Shown here in pieces: positions 1-9,886 of a DNA stretch of 64,000 bases. The DNA is taken from NCBI GenBank assembly GCA_044344255.1, contig JBIJDH010000002.1:32001-96000 (forward strand), in the 5' to 3' direction. The notes beneath the pieces are model-generated. The model was not told where the DNA came from. It saw only the letters and a list, made by a program, of their open reading frames with translations, and made no database searches. The stretch is from Myxococcota bacterium (GTDB lineage: Bacteria > Myxococcota_A > UBA796 > UBA2385). The translations under genes and the position numbers were made by a program. The stretch's first letter is position 1. The number at the start of each line of letters is the position of its first letter.

Positions 1-759
1 GCCGTGGTGGGCGGGAGGGGAGAAGCCCTGGCCGAGCGCCTCCCGATGCCCGTCACCACCGGTGGCGCGGCCACGGCGTGGGCGCTCTTCGAGAACACCC
101 TCACCGTCCTGCGCGCTCGCGGCGTCCAGGGGCCGGTCGCCGTCTGCGGATCGACCAGCCCGGTGGGCAAGGTGGTCGCCGCGCTGCTCGTGGGAGAGGG
201 CCTTGAGGTGCACGTCGACGGCAAGCGAGGCGGGAAGGGCCAGCGGATCACGGTCTTCGACAGCCCCGCCGCTGCAGCTCGAGGCTGCCCCGTCGTGGTC
301 GGGGCGGGTCCGACGGGCGGCACGCTCGAACCAGCAGCCCTGACCGAGGACGCTGTGCTGGTCGATGTCGCGCTCCCCGAGACGCTCACGGGGCGGCCGC
401 CACCGCGCGCGCGAGTGCTCGCCGGGGAGGCCGTCGAGATGCCGCCAGGCTGGCGACGGGACGGGTGGGGTCACCTCTACCACCTGCTCGCCGGGTACGG
501 CCCCACGCAGGTCTTCGCCTGCTTGATCGAGCCGCTCGTGCTCGCCGTCACCCGTCGAGGGCGCCCCTTCGCGCTCGGCCGGCGACTCGAGGTCGACGAC
601 GTACGCGAATTCGGGCGGGCGGCGAGCGCTCTCGGCTTTCGACCGCGCCTCGTACAGGGGTGGTCGGAGGTCAGCGCAGAGCGGGTGGCGCGCCCACCGC
701 GCTTTGCGCGGCTCCGCAGTGAGATATCGGGGCGGATCTCCTCTGGAGGCTCGTCTTGA
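1..759 (+). CDS. Partial (5'-truncated) amino-acid dehydrogenase / acyl-ACP reductase-like NAD(P)-binding protein
   Basis: TTGG-A-T motif, Rossmann-like VAVCGSTSPVG, LVDVALP and FACLIEPLVLA resemble the acyl-ACP reductase / predicted amino acid dehydrogenase family; the frame is open from the window edge. Confidence 0.5.
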   Translation, partial: AVVGGRGEALAERLPMPVTTGGAATAWALFENTLTVLRARGVQGPVAVCGSTSPVGKVVAALLVGEGLEVHVDGKRGGKGQRITVFDSPAAAARGCPVVVGAGPTGGTLEPAALTEDAVLVDVALPETLTGRPPPRARVLAGEAVEMPPGWRRDGWGHLYHLLAGYGPTQVFACLIEPLVLAVTRRGRPFALGRRLEVDDVREFGRAASALGFRPRLVQGWSEVSAERVARPPRFARLRSEISGRISSGGSS

Positions 760-2195
760 CGACGGCTCATGTTGACAGCCTTGACTCCACCGCCGCTTCG
801 GGGCTGACTCCGGCGAACACCGCAGAGATCACCGTTGGGCCCAGGCGCGTCTTCTTGCGGACCTTCGGCTGTCAGATGAACAGCTACGACACGGGCAAGA
901 TGCGGGCGCTGCTCGATCGGGACGGCTACTCCCCCACCGACGACATCGGCGAGGCCGATCTCATTATCGTCAACACCTGCTCGGTGCGAGAGAAGCCCGA
1001 GCAGAAGCTGCACGCCTTCCTCGGCGAGGCCTTCCGCCACAAGCGGCAGCGCGCAGGCCTCGTCACCGTGGCGGTCGCCGGCTGTGTGGCCCAACAGGAG
1101 GGACAGCGCCTCCTCGATCGATACAAGGCGCTCGACCTGGTCTTCGGCCCCGACGCGGTTCCCCGGATCGGGGACCTCGTGCGCGAGGCGCGACACCGAC
1201 CGGTCCTCGACACCGACTTCCTCGACGCCGACGACTACGTCTTCGCGACCGAGCTCGATCCCGCCGCCGCCCAGCGGATCACCGCAGAGGTGACCATCCA
1301 GAAGGGCTGTGACAACAAGTGCACCTTCTGCATCGTCCCCCTCACGCGCGGTCCCGAGCTCTCACGGCCCTCCGCGGCGGTCGTCGAGGAGGTGCGCGCG
1401 CTGGTGGCCGAGGGCGTCCGCGAGGTCACGCTCATCGGCCAAAACGTCAACTCTTACGGGCTCAAGGTCGCCGGTGAGAAGACCTTCGCCCAGCTCCTCT
1501 ACGCGGTAGCAGCGGTGCCGGGGCTCGAGCGCATCCGGTACACCACCAGCCACCCGCGGGACATGGGGCCCGACGTGGTTCAGGCCTACCGGGACCTCCC
1601 CCAGCTCACAAGCCAGCTCCACCTTCCGGTGCAGTCCGGCTCTGACCGGGTGCTCCGGAGGATGAAGCGGCTGTACACCCGCGATCAGTACACCCGCATC
1701 ATCGAGGCCATGCGAGCGGCCCGCCCCGACCTTGGCCTGAGCACCGACGTCATCGTGGGCTTCCCCGGCGAGACGGATGAAGACTTCGCGGCGACGATGT
1801 CGCTGCTGGAGGAGCTCCGCTTCGACAGCTCCTTCTCGTTCAAGTACTCGGCGAGGCCCGGGACACCCGCATTGAAGCTCCTCGATCGCGAAGAGGCGGT
1901 CCCGGAGTCGGTCGCGCAGGCCCGCCTCGTGGAGTTCCAGGACGCGCAGCGACGGCACGCGCTCTCCAACAACCGGGCTCTCGAAGGGGAGACCTTCGCG
2001 GTGCTCGTCGAAGGACCCTCCGCCCACGACGAGGGCGTGATCTGTGGGCGCACCAGCGCGTTCCGGATGGTGAATTTCCCGGGAGAGCCCTCCCTCACCG
2101 GGCGCGTGGTCCCGGTGCGGATCACGCGGGCCTTCACCAACTCGCTCCGCGGTGAGCGGGCGGATGGTGTCTCCGCGCCAGCCTACAGCGAGTAG
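756..2195 (+). CDS. miaB: tRNA (N6-isopentenyl adenosine(37)-C2)-methylthiotransferase MiaB
   Basis: TFGCQMN..D and NTCSVREK UPF0004 domain, radical SAM CDNKCTFC, HLPVQSGS, IVGFPGET, C-terminal TRAM domain; exact start codon uncertain. Confidence 0.93.
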   Translation: MTTAHVDSLDSTAASGLTPANTAEITVGPRRVFLRTFGCQMNSYDTGKMRALLDRDGYSPTDDIGEADLIIVNTCSVREKPEQKLHAFLGEAFRHKRQRAGLVTVAVAGCVAQQEGQRLLDRYKALDLVFGPDAVPRIGDLVREARHRPVLDTDFLDADDYVFATELDPAAAQRITAEVTIQKGCDNKCTFCIVPLTRGPELSRPSAAVVEEVRALVAEGVREVTLIGQNVNSYGLKVAGEKTFAQLLYAVAAVPGLERIRYTTSHPRDMGPDVVQAYRDLPQLTSQLHLPVQSGSDRVLRRMKRLYTRDQYTRIIEAMRAARPDLGLSTDVIVGFPGETDEDFAATMSLLEELRFDSSFSFKYSARPGTPALKLLDREEAVPESVAQARLVEFQDAQRRHALSNNRALEGETFAVLVEGPSAHDEGVICGRTSAFRMVNFPGEPSLTGRVVPVRITRAFTNSLRGERADGVSAPAYSE

Positions 2196-2845
2196 GCCAC
2201 CGCTCGGGTGAACAAGGGCTTCGGGGGCGCGCCTTCGATCACCTGGGACACCTTGACCTCGATCGCACCTGCGGTCTGCCGCACGGGGACTGAGCCCTTC
2301 CACCACAGCACAGTGGGGCCGAGGTCGGTGAGGGACGCGGCGCTCACGAGGTCCCGGGCCTCCGTCACCTTCTTGCCGTCTACCAGGACCTCGAGCACCA
2401 GCCACCAGTCCGCGCCCGTGTGCTCGGAGGCCCTCCGCGTGACCAGGATCGGCAGCTCGACCACGACCGCGTCGACGTCCTTGGCCAGCACCCGCAGCGG
2501 ATAGTTGTCCGCGAGCGGCACCTTGTCCTGGATGTCCACCAGCACACCCTTCTCGGGCCCGGACACCACTACCTTCGCGGGTGGAGTCGGCTTCGCGGTA
2601 GCGGTGTGGGGCCGAACGTCGTCGTCCTCCTCGTCTTCGCCGCCCATCCCGTGGTCCTCGAGCCTGGGCCTCCCGTCCTTTGGGCCGTCCCAGTCGGGAT
2701 CCCCCTCCTCCTCATCCTCCTCATCTTCGTCATCATCGCCCTGCACCGGCCCCCCCTTGTCCTGGGACCCCTTGGTGTCCCGCGCCCAGGTGGGGCCAGT
2801 CGAGAGGGCGAAGAAGAAGGCGACGAGGGGGGCCGAGAGGCGCAT
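2183..2845 (-). CDS. Hypothetical secreted protein with acidic N-terminal tract
   Basis: Signal peptide MRLSAPLVAFFFALSTGPTWA, Asp/Glu-rich linker, beta-rich C-terminal domain; ATG at 2845. Confidence 0.7.
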   Translation of the reverse strand: MRLSAPLVAFFFALSTGPTWARDTKGSQDKGGPVQGDDDEDEEDEEEGDPDWDGPKDGRPRLEDHGMGGEDEEDDDVRPHTATAKPTPPAKVVVSGPEKGVLVDIQDKVPLADNYPLRVLAKDVDAVVVELPILVTRRASEHTGADWWLVLEVLVDGKKVTEARDLVSAASLTDLGPTVLWWKGSVPVRQTAGAIEVKVSQVIEGAPPKPLFTRAVAYSL

Positions 2846-2963
2846 CGTGGAGCTCCGTTCGATGGGGAAGTCTACGTGCACGCTGCACGCTGTCAACGTG
2901 TCGCTGAGGATCCAACTCGCCGCCCCCAGCGCGCCGATCGGCATGATCGAGGGGGTGCCTTCC

Positions 2964-2992
2964 TTGACAAGCCCATGGGGTCCTTTTATAAG
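2964..2992 (+). promoter_or_regulatory. Sigma70-type promoter of the ribosomal protein operon
   Basis: TTGACA (2964-2969), 17-bp spacer, TATAAG (2987-2992), about 140 bp upstream of rpsL. Confidence 0.85.
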
Positions 2993-3134
2993 GCGGCGTC
3001 CTGTCGTGATCCCCCAGTGGAATCCGGCCCCTGACCCCAGGCAAGCCGGTCCCCCTCCTCCAGCGTCGGTCGTCTCTCACGGCCAACGAAGCGGAAGAGG
3101 CAATGGGGGCACGGTCCCCTCCTGAGGTTTCGGA

Positions 3135-3536
3135 ATGCCGACCATCAACCAGCTCGTCCGAAAGGGTCGTGAGAAGGTCCGTCGTAAGACGGCCTCCCCG
3201 GCGCTCAAGGCGTGTCCGCAGAAGCGCGGCGTGTGCACCCGAGTGTACACCACGACGCCCAAGAAGCCCAACTCCGCTCTCCGCAAGGTGGCTCGCGTGC
3301 GTCTCACCAACGGGATGGAGGTCACCTCCTACATCCCCGGTGAGGGTCACAACCTGCAGGAGCACTCCACGGTGCTCATCCGCGGCGGCCGAGTGAAGGA
3401 CCTCCCGGGCGTGCGCTACCACATCATCCGCGGCACTCTGGACACCCAGGGCGTCGAGGGTCGCCATCAGAGCCGTTCCAAGTACGGCGCGAAGCGACCC
3501 AAGGCCAAGGACGCCGCGAAGGCGAAGAAGAAGTAG
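3135..3536 (+). CDS. rpsL: 30S ribosomal protein S12
   Basis: [33 protein letters not shown]. Confidence 0.99.
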   Translation: MPTINQLVRKGREKVRRKTASPALKACPQKRGVCTRVYTTTPKKPNSALRKVARVRLTNGMEVTSYIPGEGHNLQEHSTVLIRGGRVKDLPGVRYHIIRGTLDTQGVEGRHQSRSKYGAKRPKAKDAAKAKKK

Positions 3537-3545
3537 GACGCACCC

Positions 3546-4016
3546 ATGCCCCGTCGTCGCGAAGTACCCAAACGAATCCTCATGCCGGACCCCAAGTTCG
3601 GCGACACCCTCGTCACCAAGTTCATGACCATCGTCATGTCCGAGGGGAAGAAGGCGGTGGCCGAGTCCATCGTCTACGGTGCCTTTGATGTGGTGCTTGA
3701 TCGCACCCGTGAAGAGCCCCTCAAGATCTTCCATCGGGCGCTGGAGAACTGCCAGCCGGTCGTTGAAGTGAAGTCTCGCCGGGTTGGTGGTGCAAACTAC
3801 CAGGTGCCTGTCGAGGTCCGGCCGGAGCGGCGGATGGCGTTGGCCATGCGCTGGCTCGTGTCCTTCGCTCGCAAGCGCCCGGGTCGCTCGATGCGTGAGA
3901 AGCTCGCTAACGAGCTGATCGAAGCCGCCCACAACCGCGGCAACGCGGTCAAGAAGCGGGAAGACGTTCACCGTATGGCCGAAGCCAACAAGGCCTTCGC
4001 CCACTACCGGTGGTGA
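3546..4016 (+). CDS. rpsG: 30S ribosomal protein S7
   Basis: MPRRR..., [27 protein letters not shown]. Confidence 0.99.
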   Translation: MPRRREVPKRILMPDPKFGDTLVTKFMTIVMSEGKKAVAESIVYGAFDVVLDRTREEPLKIFHRALENCQPVVEVKSRRVGGANYQVPVEVRPERRMALAMRWLVSFARKRPGRSMREKLANELIEAAHNRGNAVKKREDVHRMAEANKAFAHYRW

Positions 4017-4018
4017 TT

Positions 4019-4287
4019 ATCCGCGAATAGCGGGTGGTCCAATCACGCCTCATCGGGTCGCGCTCAGCTCGCCCCGATTCGGTCTCAGAGCGTGTGGTCG
4101 AGGCGGCCACGATGCCTGAGACTACGGATGAACTCATCCAGATCATCTCCGTCTGCACGCTCGACAAAACAAACCCTTAGGGTTAGCTTTGTCGTGTGCA
4201 GTAGGAACTAACTTTGTCTCTCTCTCCTGAAGTGCGCCGATTTGGTTGCACCTGGGAGGGAGGGTCGAGCCACTGAAGTGGACTCGG
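4019..4287 (+). other. Intergenic spacer tiled by successive stem-loops (candidate structured RNA)
   Basis: Complementary arms at 4019-4035, 4052-4078, 4081-4123, 4126-4139, 4153-4201, 4218-4264 and 4265-4287. Confidence 0.55.
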
Positions 4288-4299
4288 GAGCGCGGAGCC

Positions 4300-5490
4300 A
4301 TGGCCAAGGAAAAGTTCGAGCGGTCCAAGCCGCACGTAAACATCGGTACGATCGGTCATGTCGATCACGGCAAGACGACCTTGACGGCCGCTATCACCAT
4401 GACGCTCGCCAAGCGCGGCGGCGCCAAGGAGATGAAGTACGCCGACATCGACAAGGCCCCTGAAGAGAAGGCCCGAGGCATCACGATCAATACGGCGCAC
4501 GTCGAGTACGAGACGGTCAACCGTCACTACGCCCACGTGGATTGCCCCGGGCACGCCGACTACATCAAGAACATGATCACCGGCGCCGCCCAGATGGACG
4601 GAGCGATCCTGGTGGTCAGCGCGGCTGACGGCCCGATGCCGCAGACTCGCGAGCATGTGCTCCTGGCCCGCCAGGTCAACGTCCCGGCCATCGTGGTCTT
4701 CCTCAACAAGGTCGACATGCTCGATGACCCCGAGCTCCTCGAGCTGGTTGAGATGGAGGTCCGCGAGCTGCTGAACCTCTACAACTTCCCCGGCGATGAC
4801 ATCCCCATCATCCGCGGCAGCGCCCTCAAGGCCAGCCAGGGTGACGTCGGCGAGCTCGGCGAACAGGCGATCATGAAGCTGATGGCGGCGGTGGATGAGA
4901 GCATCCCCACTCCCGTTCGCGCCACTACGCTTCCGTTCCTCATGCCTGTTGAAGACGTGTTCACGATCACCGGCCGCGGCACGGTCGCGACGGGCCGCAT
5001 CGAGAGAGGCATCGTCAAGGTGGGTGAGTCCGTCGAGCTCGTGGGCATTCATGACACCTCGACCACCACGGTCACGGGCGTCGAGATGTTCAAGAAGCTC
5101 CTCGACCAGGGGGAGGCGGGCGACAACGCAGGGATCCTGCTCCGCGGTCTCAAGCGGGAGGATGTCGAGCGCGGTCAGGTGCTCGCCAAGCCCAAGTCCA
5201 TCAAGGCCCACACTCAGTTCATGGGTGAGGTCTACATCCTGAAGAAGGAGGAGGGGGGGCGTCACAAGCCCTTCTTCGATGGCTACCGTCCTCAGTTCTA
5301 CTTCCGGACGACGGATGTCACCGGCTCCATCAAGCTCCCCGAGGGGACTGAGATGGTGATGCCCGGTGACAACCTTCAGATCGAGATCACCCTCATCACT
5401 CCGATCGCTATCGAGAACCAGCTTCGCTTCGCTATCCGCGAAGGTGGCCGGACGGTTGGCGCCGGGGTCGTGTCCAAGATCCTCACGTGA
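4300..5490 (+). CDS. tuf: Elongation factor Tu
   Basis: [54 protein letters not shown] at 4300 after GGAG. Confidence 0.99.
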   Translation: MAKEKFERSKPHVNIGTIGHVDHGKTTLTAAITMTLAKRGGAKEMKYADIDKAPEEKARGITINTAHVEYETVNRHYAHVDCPGHADYIKNMITGAAQMDGAILVVSAADGPMPQTREHVLLARQVNVPAIVVFLNKVDMLDDPELLELVEMEVRELLNLYNFPGDDIPIIRGSALKASQGDVGELGEQAIMKLMAAVDESIPTPVRATTLPFLMPVEDVFTITGRGTVATGRIERGIVKVGESVELVGIHDTSTTTVTGVEMFKKLLDQGEAGDNAGILLRGLKREDVERGQVLAKPKSIKAHTQFMGEVYILKKEEGGRHKPFFDGYRPQFYFRTTDVTGSIKLPEGTEMVMPGDNLQIEITLITPIAIENQLRFAIREGGRTVGAGVVSKILT

Positions 5491-5550
5491 GCGCGGGCTG
5501 GTTCGGCCCTCGGGTCGTACCGCCGCCTCATCCCTTCAGGAGCCAATTCC

Positions 5551-5865
5551 ATGGCCAACACACACAAGATTCGAATCCGGCTGAAGGCGTACGATCACAA
5601 GCTGCTTGATCGTTCCGCTCGGGAGATCGTGGAGACGGCCAAGCGCTCTGGCGTCGTCGTCCGCGGTCCCTTTCCTCTCCCCACCACCGTGAGCCGGTGG
5701 ACGGTGCTTCGCGGACCCCACGTGGACAAGAAGTCCCGTGAGCAGTTCGAGCGGCGCACTCATCACCGGCTCCTCGATATCCTCGAGCCCACCCAGTCCA
5801 CTGTCGATGCCCTCATGAAGCTCGACCTCTCGGCGGGCGTGCACGTCGAGATCAAGTCGACCTGA
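5551..5865 (+). CDS. rpsJ: 30S ribosomal protein S10
   Basis: [30 protein letters not shown]. Confidence 0.98.
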   Translation: MANTHKIRIRLKAYDHKLLDRSAREIVETAKRSGVVVRGPFPLPTTVSRWTVLRGPHVDKKSREQFERRTHHRLLDILEPTQSTVDALMKLDLSAGVHVEIKST

Positions 5866-5879
5866 CAGGAGACAATGGG

Positions 5880-6503
5880 ATGCCTACCGTAGACGTCTAC
5901 AACATCGCTCGGGAGAAGGTCGGCACTGTCGATCTGAACCCTGTTGTCTTCGGAACCGAGGTCAAGGAGTACCTGTTCTACGCGGTTGTTCGGTACCAGC
6001 TCGCCAAGCGGCGCGCCGGCACCCACGCCGTCAAGGGACGCGCTCAGGTGAGCGGCGGTGGTCGGAAGCCTTTCAAGCAGAAGGGCACCGGTCGCGCTCG
6101 TCAGGGCTCCACTCGCGCTCCGCACTGGACGGGCGGCGGCGTGGTTCATGGTCCGGTTGTCCGGTCCCATGCCCACGACCTCCCCAAGAAGGTGCGTCGG
6201 GCCGCGCTTCGCAGCGCGCTCTCCCGACGCGTAGAGGACCAGAAGGTCATCGTCTTCGATGCCTTCGAGCTCCCCGAGGCCAAGACCCGGCGCTTCGTCG
6301 AGGTCATGAAGAATTTCGGGATCGAGGACCTGCTCCTCGTCCTCCCGGAGAAGGAAGAGGCCGTGTGCCGCTCGGCGCGCAACATCCCCGGGGTGACCAT
6401 CCTCCCCGTGGAAGGCCTGAACGTGTACGACGTTCTCCGTCACAAGAACCTGGCGATGACGCAGGCGGCGATCGAGAAGATCGTCGCGCGGTTGGGAGAG
6501 TGA
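5880..6503 (+). CDS. rplD: 50S ribosomal protein L4
   Basis: VSGGGRKPFKQKGTGRARQGS, LPKKVRR, SARNIPGV. Confidence 0.98.
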   Translation: MPTVDVYNIAREKVGTVDLNPVVFGTEVKEYLFYAVVRYQLAKRRAGTHAVKGRAQVSGGGRKPFKQKGTGRARQGSTRAPHWTGGGVVHGPVVRSHAHDLPKKVRRAALRSALSRRVEDQKVIVFDAFELPEAKTRRFVEVMKNFGIEDLLLVLPEKEEAVCRSARNIPGVTILPVEGLNVYDVLRHKNLAMTQAAIEKIVARLGE

Positions 6504-6506
6504 GCC

Positions 6507-6794
6507 ATGGCTGAAATCCACGACATCCTCATCCGGCCCATCGTGACGGAGAAGTCGACCTGGCTCACCGGCCACCAGAACACCTACGCTTTCGAGGTGT
6601 CGGAAGGCGCCAACAAGGTGGAGATCAAGCAGGCCGTTGAATCTCTCTTCGGCGTCAAGGTCGAGGACGTACGCACCCTGCGTCTGCGGGGCAAGTTCAA
6701 GCGGTTCGGGCGCTTCATCGGAAAGCGCTCCAACTGGAAGAAGGCGTATGTTCGTCTGGCCGACGGCCAATCTCTGAACTTCTACCAGTCCTGA
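6507..6794 (+). CDS. rplW: 50S ribosomal protein L23
   Basis: PIVTEKS, ANKVEIKQAVE, WKKAYVRL. Confidence 0.98.
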   Translation: MAEIHDILIRPIVTEKSTWLTGHQNTYAFEVSEGANKVEIKQAVESLFGVKVEDVRTLRLRGKFKRFGRFIGKRSNWKKAYVRLADGQSLNFYQS

Positions 6795-6806
6795 TCGGGG
6801 GCGCTC

Positions 6807-7628
6807 ATGGGTACCCGAAAGTTCAAGCCGACTACGCCCTCTCGACGTTTCATGAGTATCTCCGACTTCTCGGAGATCACCACGGATACGCCCGAGAAGA
6901 GCCTCATCGCAAAGAAGAGCAAGTCCGGCGGTCGCAACAACACCGGTCGTATGACGATTCGTCATCGCGGCGGTGGCCACAAGCAGCGCTACCGGATGAT
7001 CGACTTCAAGCGTGACAAGCTGGGCGTGCCCGGCACCGTTGCGTCGATTGAGTACGATCCCAACCGCAGCGCGCGCATCGCGCTCATCCACTTCCGCGAC
7101 GGCGAGAAGCGGTACATCCTCGCGCCTCAGGGGCTTCAGGTGGGCGCCTCGGTCGTCACGGACGACAAGGCGGACATCCTCCCTGGCAACACGATGAGCC
7201 TCCACGCCATGCCCCTCGGCACCTGGGTCCACAACGTGGAGCTCCAGGTCAACCGTGGCGGGCAGATGTGCCGGTCTGCTGGTGCCTTCGCCCAGGTCAT
7301 GGCGAAGGAGGGCGACAAGGTCCTCCTCCGTCTGCCCTCTGGCGAGATCCGGCAGGTCTTCAATCAGTGCCGGGCGACGATCGGACAGGTCGGCAATCTC
7401 GAGCACGAGAACCAGATCATCGGGAAGGCCGGCCGCACCCGGTGGAAGGGTCAGCGTCCCCGCGTCCGCGGTGTGGCGATGAACCCGATCGACCATCCTC
7501 ACGGCGGTGGTGAAGGTCGCGCCAAGGGTCGCCATCCGGTCACCCCTTGGGGCAAGCCCACCAAGGGTTACAAGACCCGGTCGCCCAAGAAGCCCTCGAA
7601 CAAGCTCATCGTCAAGCGGCGCCGTTAG
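6807..7628 (+). CDS. rplB: 50S ribosomal protein L2
   Basis: [37 protein letters not shown]. Confidence 0.99.
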   Translation: MGTRKFKPTTPSRRFMSISDFSEITTDTPEKSLIAKKSKSGGRNNTGRMTIRHRGGGHKQRYRMIDFKRDKLGVPGTVASIEYDPNRSARIALIHFRDGEKRYILAPQGLQVGASVVTDDKADILPGNTMSLHAMPLGTWVHNVELQVNRGGQMCRSAGAFAQVMAKEGDKVLLRLPSGEIRQVFNQCRATIGQVGNLEHENQIIGKAGRTRWKGQRPRVRGVAMNPIDHPHGGGEGRAKGRHPVTPWGKPTKGYKTRSPKKPSNKLIVKRRR

Positions 7629-7652
7629 TCGGCGCTGTTTGGAGGAATTCTC

Positions 7653-7931
7653 ATGGCACGTTCAGTCAAAAAGGGCCCCTTCATCGACCAGCACCTGGTC
7701 GCGAAGGTGGCCATCGCCCGCGAAGTGGGCGGTCGTCCGGTGATCAAGACGTGGAGTCGGCGGTCTACAATCCTGCCCGATTTCGTGGGTTTGACGTTCG
7801 CCGTGCATAACGGTAAGAAGCACATTCCCGTCTACGTGACGGAGAACATGGTGGGACACAAGCTCGGTGAGTTTTCGCCGACCCGCACGTTCTTCGGCCA
7901 CGCTGCTGACCGGAAGACCAAAGTTAAGTAA
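7653..7931 (+). CDS. rpsS: 30S ribosomal protein S19
   Basis: [30 protein letters not shown]. Confidence 0.99.
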   Translation: MARSVKKGPFIDQHLVAKVAIAREVGGRPVIKTWSRRSTILPDFVGLTFAVHNGKKHIPVYVTENMVGHKLGEFSPTRTFFGHAADRKTKVK

Positions 7932-8015
7932 TCGATCCGATGGGTCGATGCGCGCGGGCCCTTCTGGTTCGCCTGTCGTACCCGTCGGCTTCGCCACAGG
8001 CGAGGAGGTTCAGAT

Positions 8016-8369
8016 ATGGAGTCGAAAGCGGTTTTGCGTCTGGCGCGGGTGTCGCCGCGGAAGGCGCGTCTGGTGGCAGACGTGGTTCGCGGACTCCAGG
8101 TTGGAGAGGCGCTTGAGCAGCTGGCGTTCCTCCAGAAGAAGTCTGCGGGGCTCATCAAGGGCGTGGTGGAGTCCGCCATCGCCAATGCTGAGCATCAAGC
8201 GGGTCGGGACAACCGAAAGCTTGACATCGACGACCTCTTCATCAAGCAGATCCTGGTCGATCAGGGCCCGACGCTTCGGCGGTTCCGCCCCCGCGCCCGC
8301 GGGATGGCGACGAAGGTCCTGAAGAAGACTGCTCACATCACGGTAGTTTTGGACGAAGGAGAGGTCTGA
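8016..8369 (+). CDS. rplV: 50S ribosomal protein L22
   Basis: [28 protein letters not shown]. Confidence 0.98.
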   Translation: MESKAVLRLARVSPRKARLVADVVRGLQVGEALEQLAFLQKKSAGLIKGVVESAIANAEHQAGRDNRKLDIDDLFIKQILVDQGPTLRRFRPRARGMATKVLKKTAHITVVLDEGEV

Positions 8370-9016
8370 TGGGCCAGAAGGTTCACCCGGTAGGGTTCCG
8401 CCTCGGCGTCATCCGCGACTGGGATTCGAAGTGGTACGCTGGTCGCGAATACCAGCGCTTCCTCCATGAGGACATCCGCATCCGTCGGTTCCTCAAGGAG
8501 AAGCTCTTCCACGCCGGTATCAGCCGGGTGACCATCGAGCGGGCGGCCAACAAGGCCAAGGTCTACGTGCATGCCGCTAAGCCCGGCATCATCATCGGCA
8601 AGCGCGCCAGCGGGCTTGACAGCCTCCGGGCCGATCTGCAGAAGATGAGCAACACGGAGATCTTTCTCAACATCATCGAAGTGCGGAAGGTCGAGACCGA
8701 CGCGCAGCTGGTGGCCGAGAACATCGCCGCTCAGCTCGTCAAGCGGGTCAGCTTTCGGCGCGCGATGAAGAAGGCCATCACCCAGGCCATGCGCTCGCAT
8801 GCGAAGGGCATCAAGGTGATGTGTGCGGGTCGTCTCGGCGGCGCTGAGATGTCTCGTACGGAGCAGTACCGCGAGGGCCGAGTGCCCCTGCACACGCTCC
8901 GCGCCAATGTGGACTTCGGGCTGGCGGAAGCCAAGACGACCTTCGGCGTCATTGGTGTGAAGGTGTGGATTTTCAAGGGAGAGATCCTTCCGGGTGAGGA
9001 AGAGCGCGCGGCCTAG
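8369..9016 (+). CDS. rpsC: 30S ribosomal protein S3
   Basis: [31 protein letters not shown]. Confidence 0.99.
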   Translation: MGQKVHPVGFRLGVIRDWDSKWYAGREYQRFLHEDIRIRRFLKEKLFHAGISRVTIERAANKAKVYVHAAKPGIIIGKRASGLDSLRADLQKMSNTEIFLNIIEVRKVETDAQLVAENIAAQLVKRVSFRRAMKKAITQAMRSHAKGIKVMCAGRLGGAEMSRTEQYREGRVPLHTLRANVDFGLAEAKTTFGVIGVKVWIFKGEILPGEEERAA

Positions 9017-9088
9017 CGCGCCTCCGCCCGGGGGGCTTCGGCCCCCGGTCCGAGCGAAAGCTCCAACGAATCGGTCAGAGGTGTTCCG

Positions 9089-9505
9089 ATGCTCAGTCCC
9101 AAACGTGTAAAGTTCCGCAAGAGCCAAAAGGGCAATAGGCGTGGGCTGGCCTATCGCGGATGCGACGTTTCTTTCGGAGACTTCGGGCTCCAGGCTGTGG
9201 AGTGTGGCTGGCTCACCTCCCGGCAGATCGAGGCGGGCCGTATCGCGCTCACCCGCCACGTGAAGCGTGGTGGGAAGGTGTGGATCCGCATCTTCCCGGA
9301 CAAGCCCGTAAGCAAGAAGCCCGCCGAAACCCGAATGGGTAAAGGAAAGGGCAACCCCGAAGAATGGGTGGCCGTGATCCTCCCCGGGAAGGTCCTCTAC
9401 GAAATCGAGGGGGTCCCCGAGGACGTGGCTCGCGAAGCCTTCCGGCTCTGCGGGCACAAGCTGCCTGTGAGTACCAAGTTCCTGGCTCGTCGTGAGGTGC
9501 TGTGA
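9089..9505 (+). CDS. rplP: 50S ribosomal protein L16
   Basis: [27 protein letters not shown]. Confidence 0.99.
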   Translation: MLSPKRVKFRKSQKGNRRGLAYRGCDVSFGDFGLQAVECGWLTSRQIEAGRIALTRHVKRGGKVWIRIFPDKPVSKKPAETRMGKGKGNPEEWVAVILPGKVLYEIEGVPEDVAREAFRLCGHKLPVSTKFLARREVL

Positions 9506-9867
9506 TGGCCAAGCTCTCTCTTGAAGGTCTCAGCGATGAGGCCCTCGTGCACAAGGAGCTCAGCCTCGAGCGTGACCTCCTCGAGGCGTCCTTCCGGCTC
9601 CGTACCGGTCAGCTGGAGGACAACTCCAAGACCGGGAAGGTCCGTCGGGACATCGCCCGCGTTCGCACCGAGGAGCGCGTCCGTGAGACCGCCCAGGGTC
9701 TGAACAAGGACGAGCTCCGTACCCGTCATCGGGGCACCTTCCGGCCGCAGCCGGTGGCCGCCTCGACCGGAGCGGGCGGCGAGACCGCCCAGAAGGGCGG
9801 CTTCTTGAGCGGCCTCGCGGGCAAGCTCGGGATTGGCGATCAGGGCGCGGAGCAGTCCGGGTCCTGA
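9505..9867 (+). CDS. rpmC: 50S ribosomal protein L29 with a roughly 58-aa C-terminal extension
   Basis: Follows rplP with TGATG overlap; core motif FRLRTGQLED...VRRDIARVRT; 120 aa versus the usual 60-70 aa. Confidence 0.9.
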   Translation: MAKLSLEGLSDEALVHKELSLERDLLEASFRLRTGQLEDNSKTGKVRRDIARVRTEERVRETAQGLNKDELRTRHRGTFRPQPVAASTGAGGETAQKGGFLSGLAGKLGIGDQGAEQSGS

Positions 9868-9886
9868 GCGGTTCTGGGGAGCCGGG

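Noticed and set aside
756..2195. RimO (suggested by proximity to rpsL)
   Set aside because: The N-terminal motif GCQMN is MiaB-type; RimO has GCPKN.VD
4017..4299. tRNA genes upstream of tuf, or a fusA remnant
   Set aside because: No cloverleaf, T-loop consensus or CCA end was recognised, and no EF-G motifs appear in the listed ORFs
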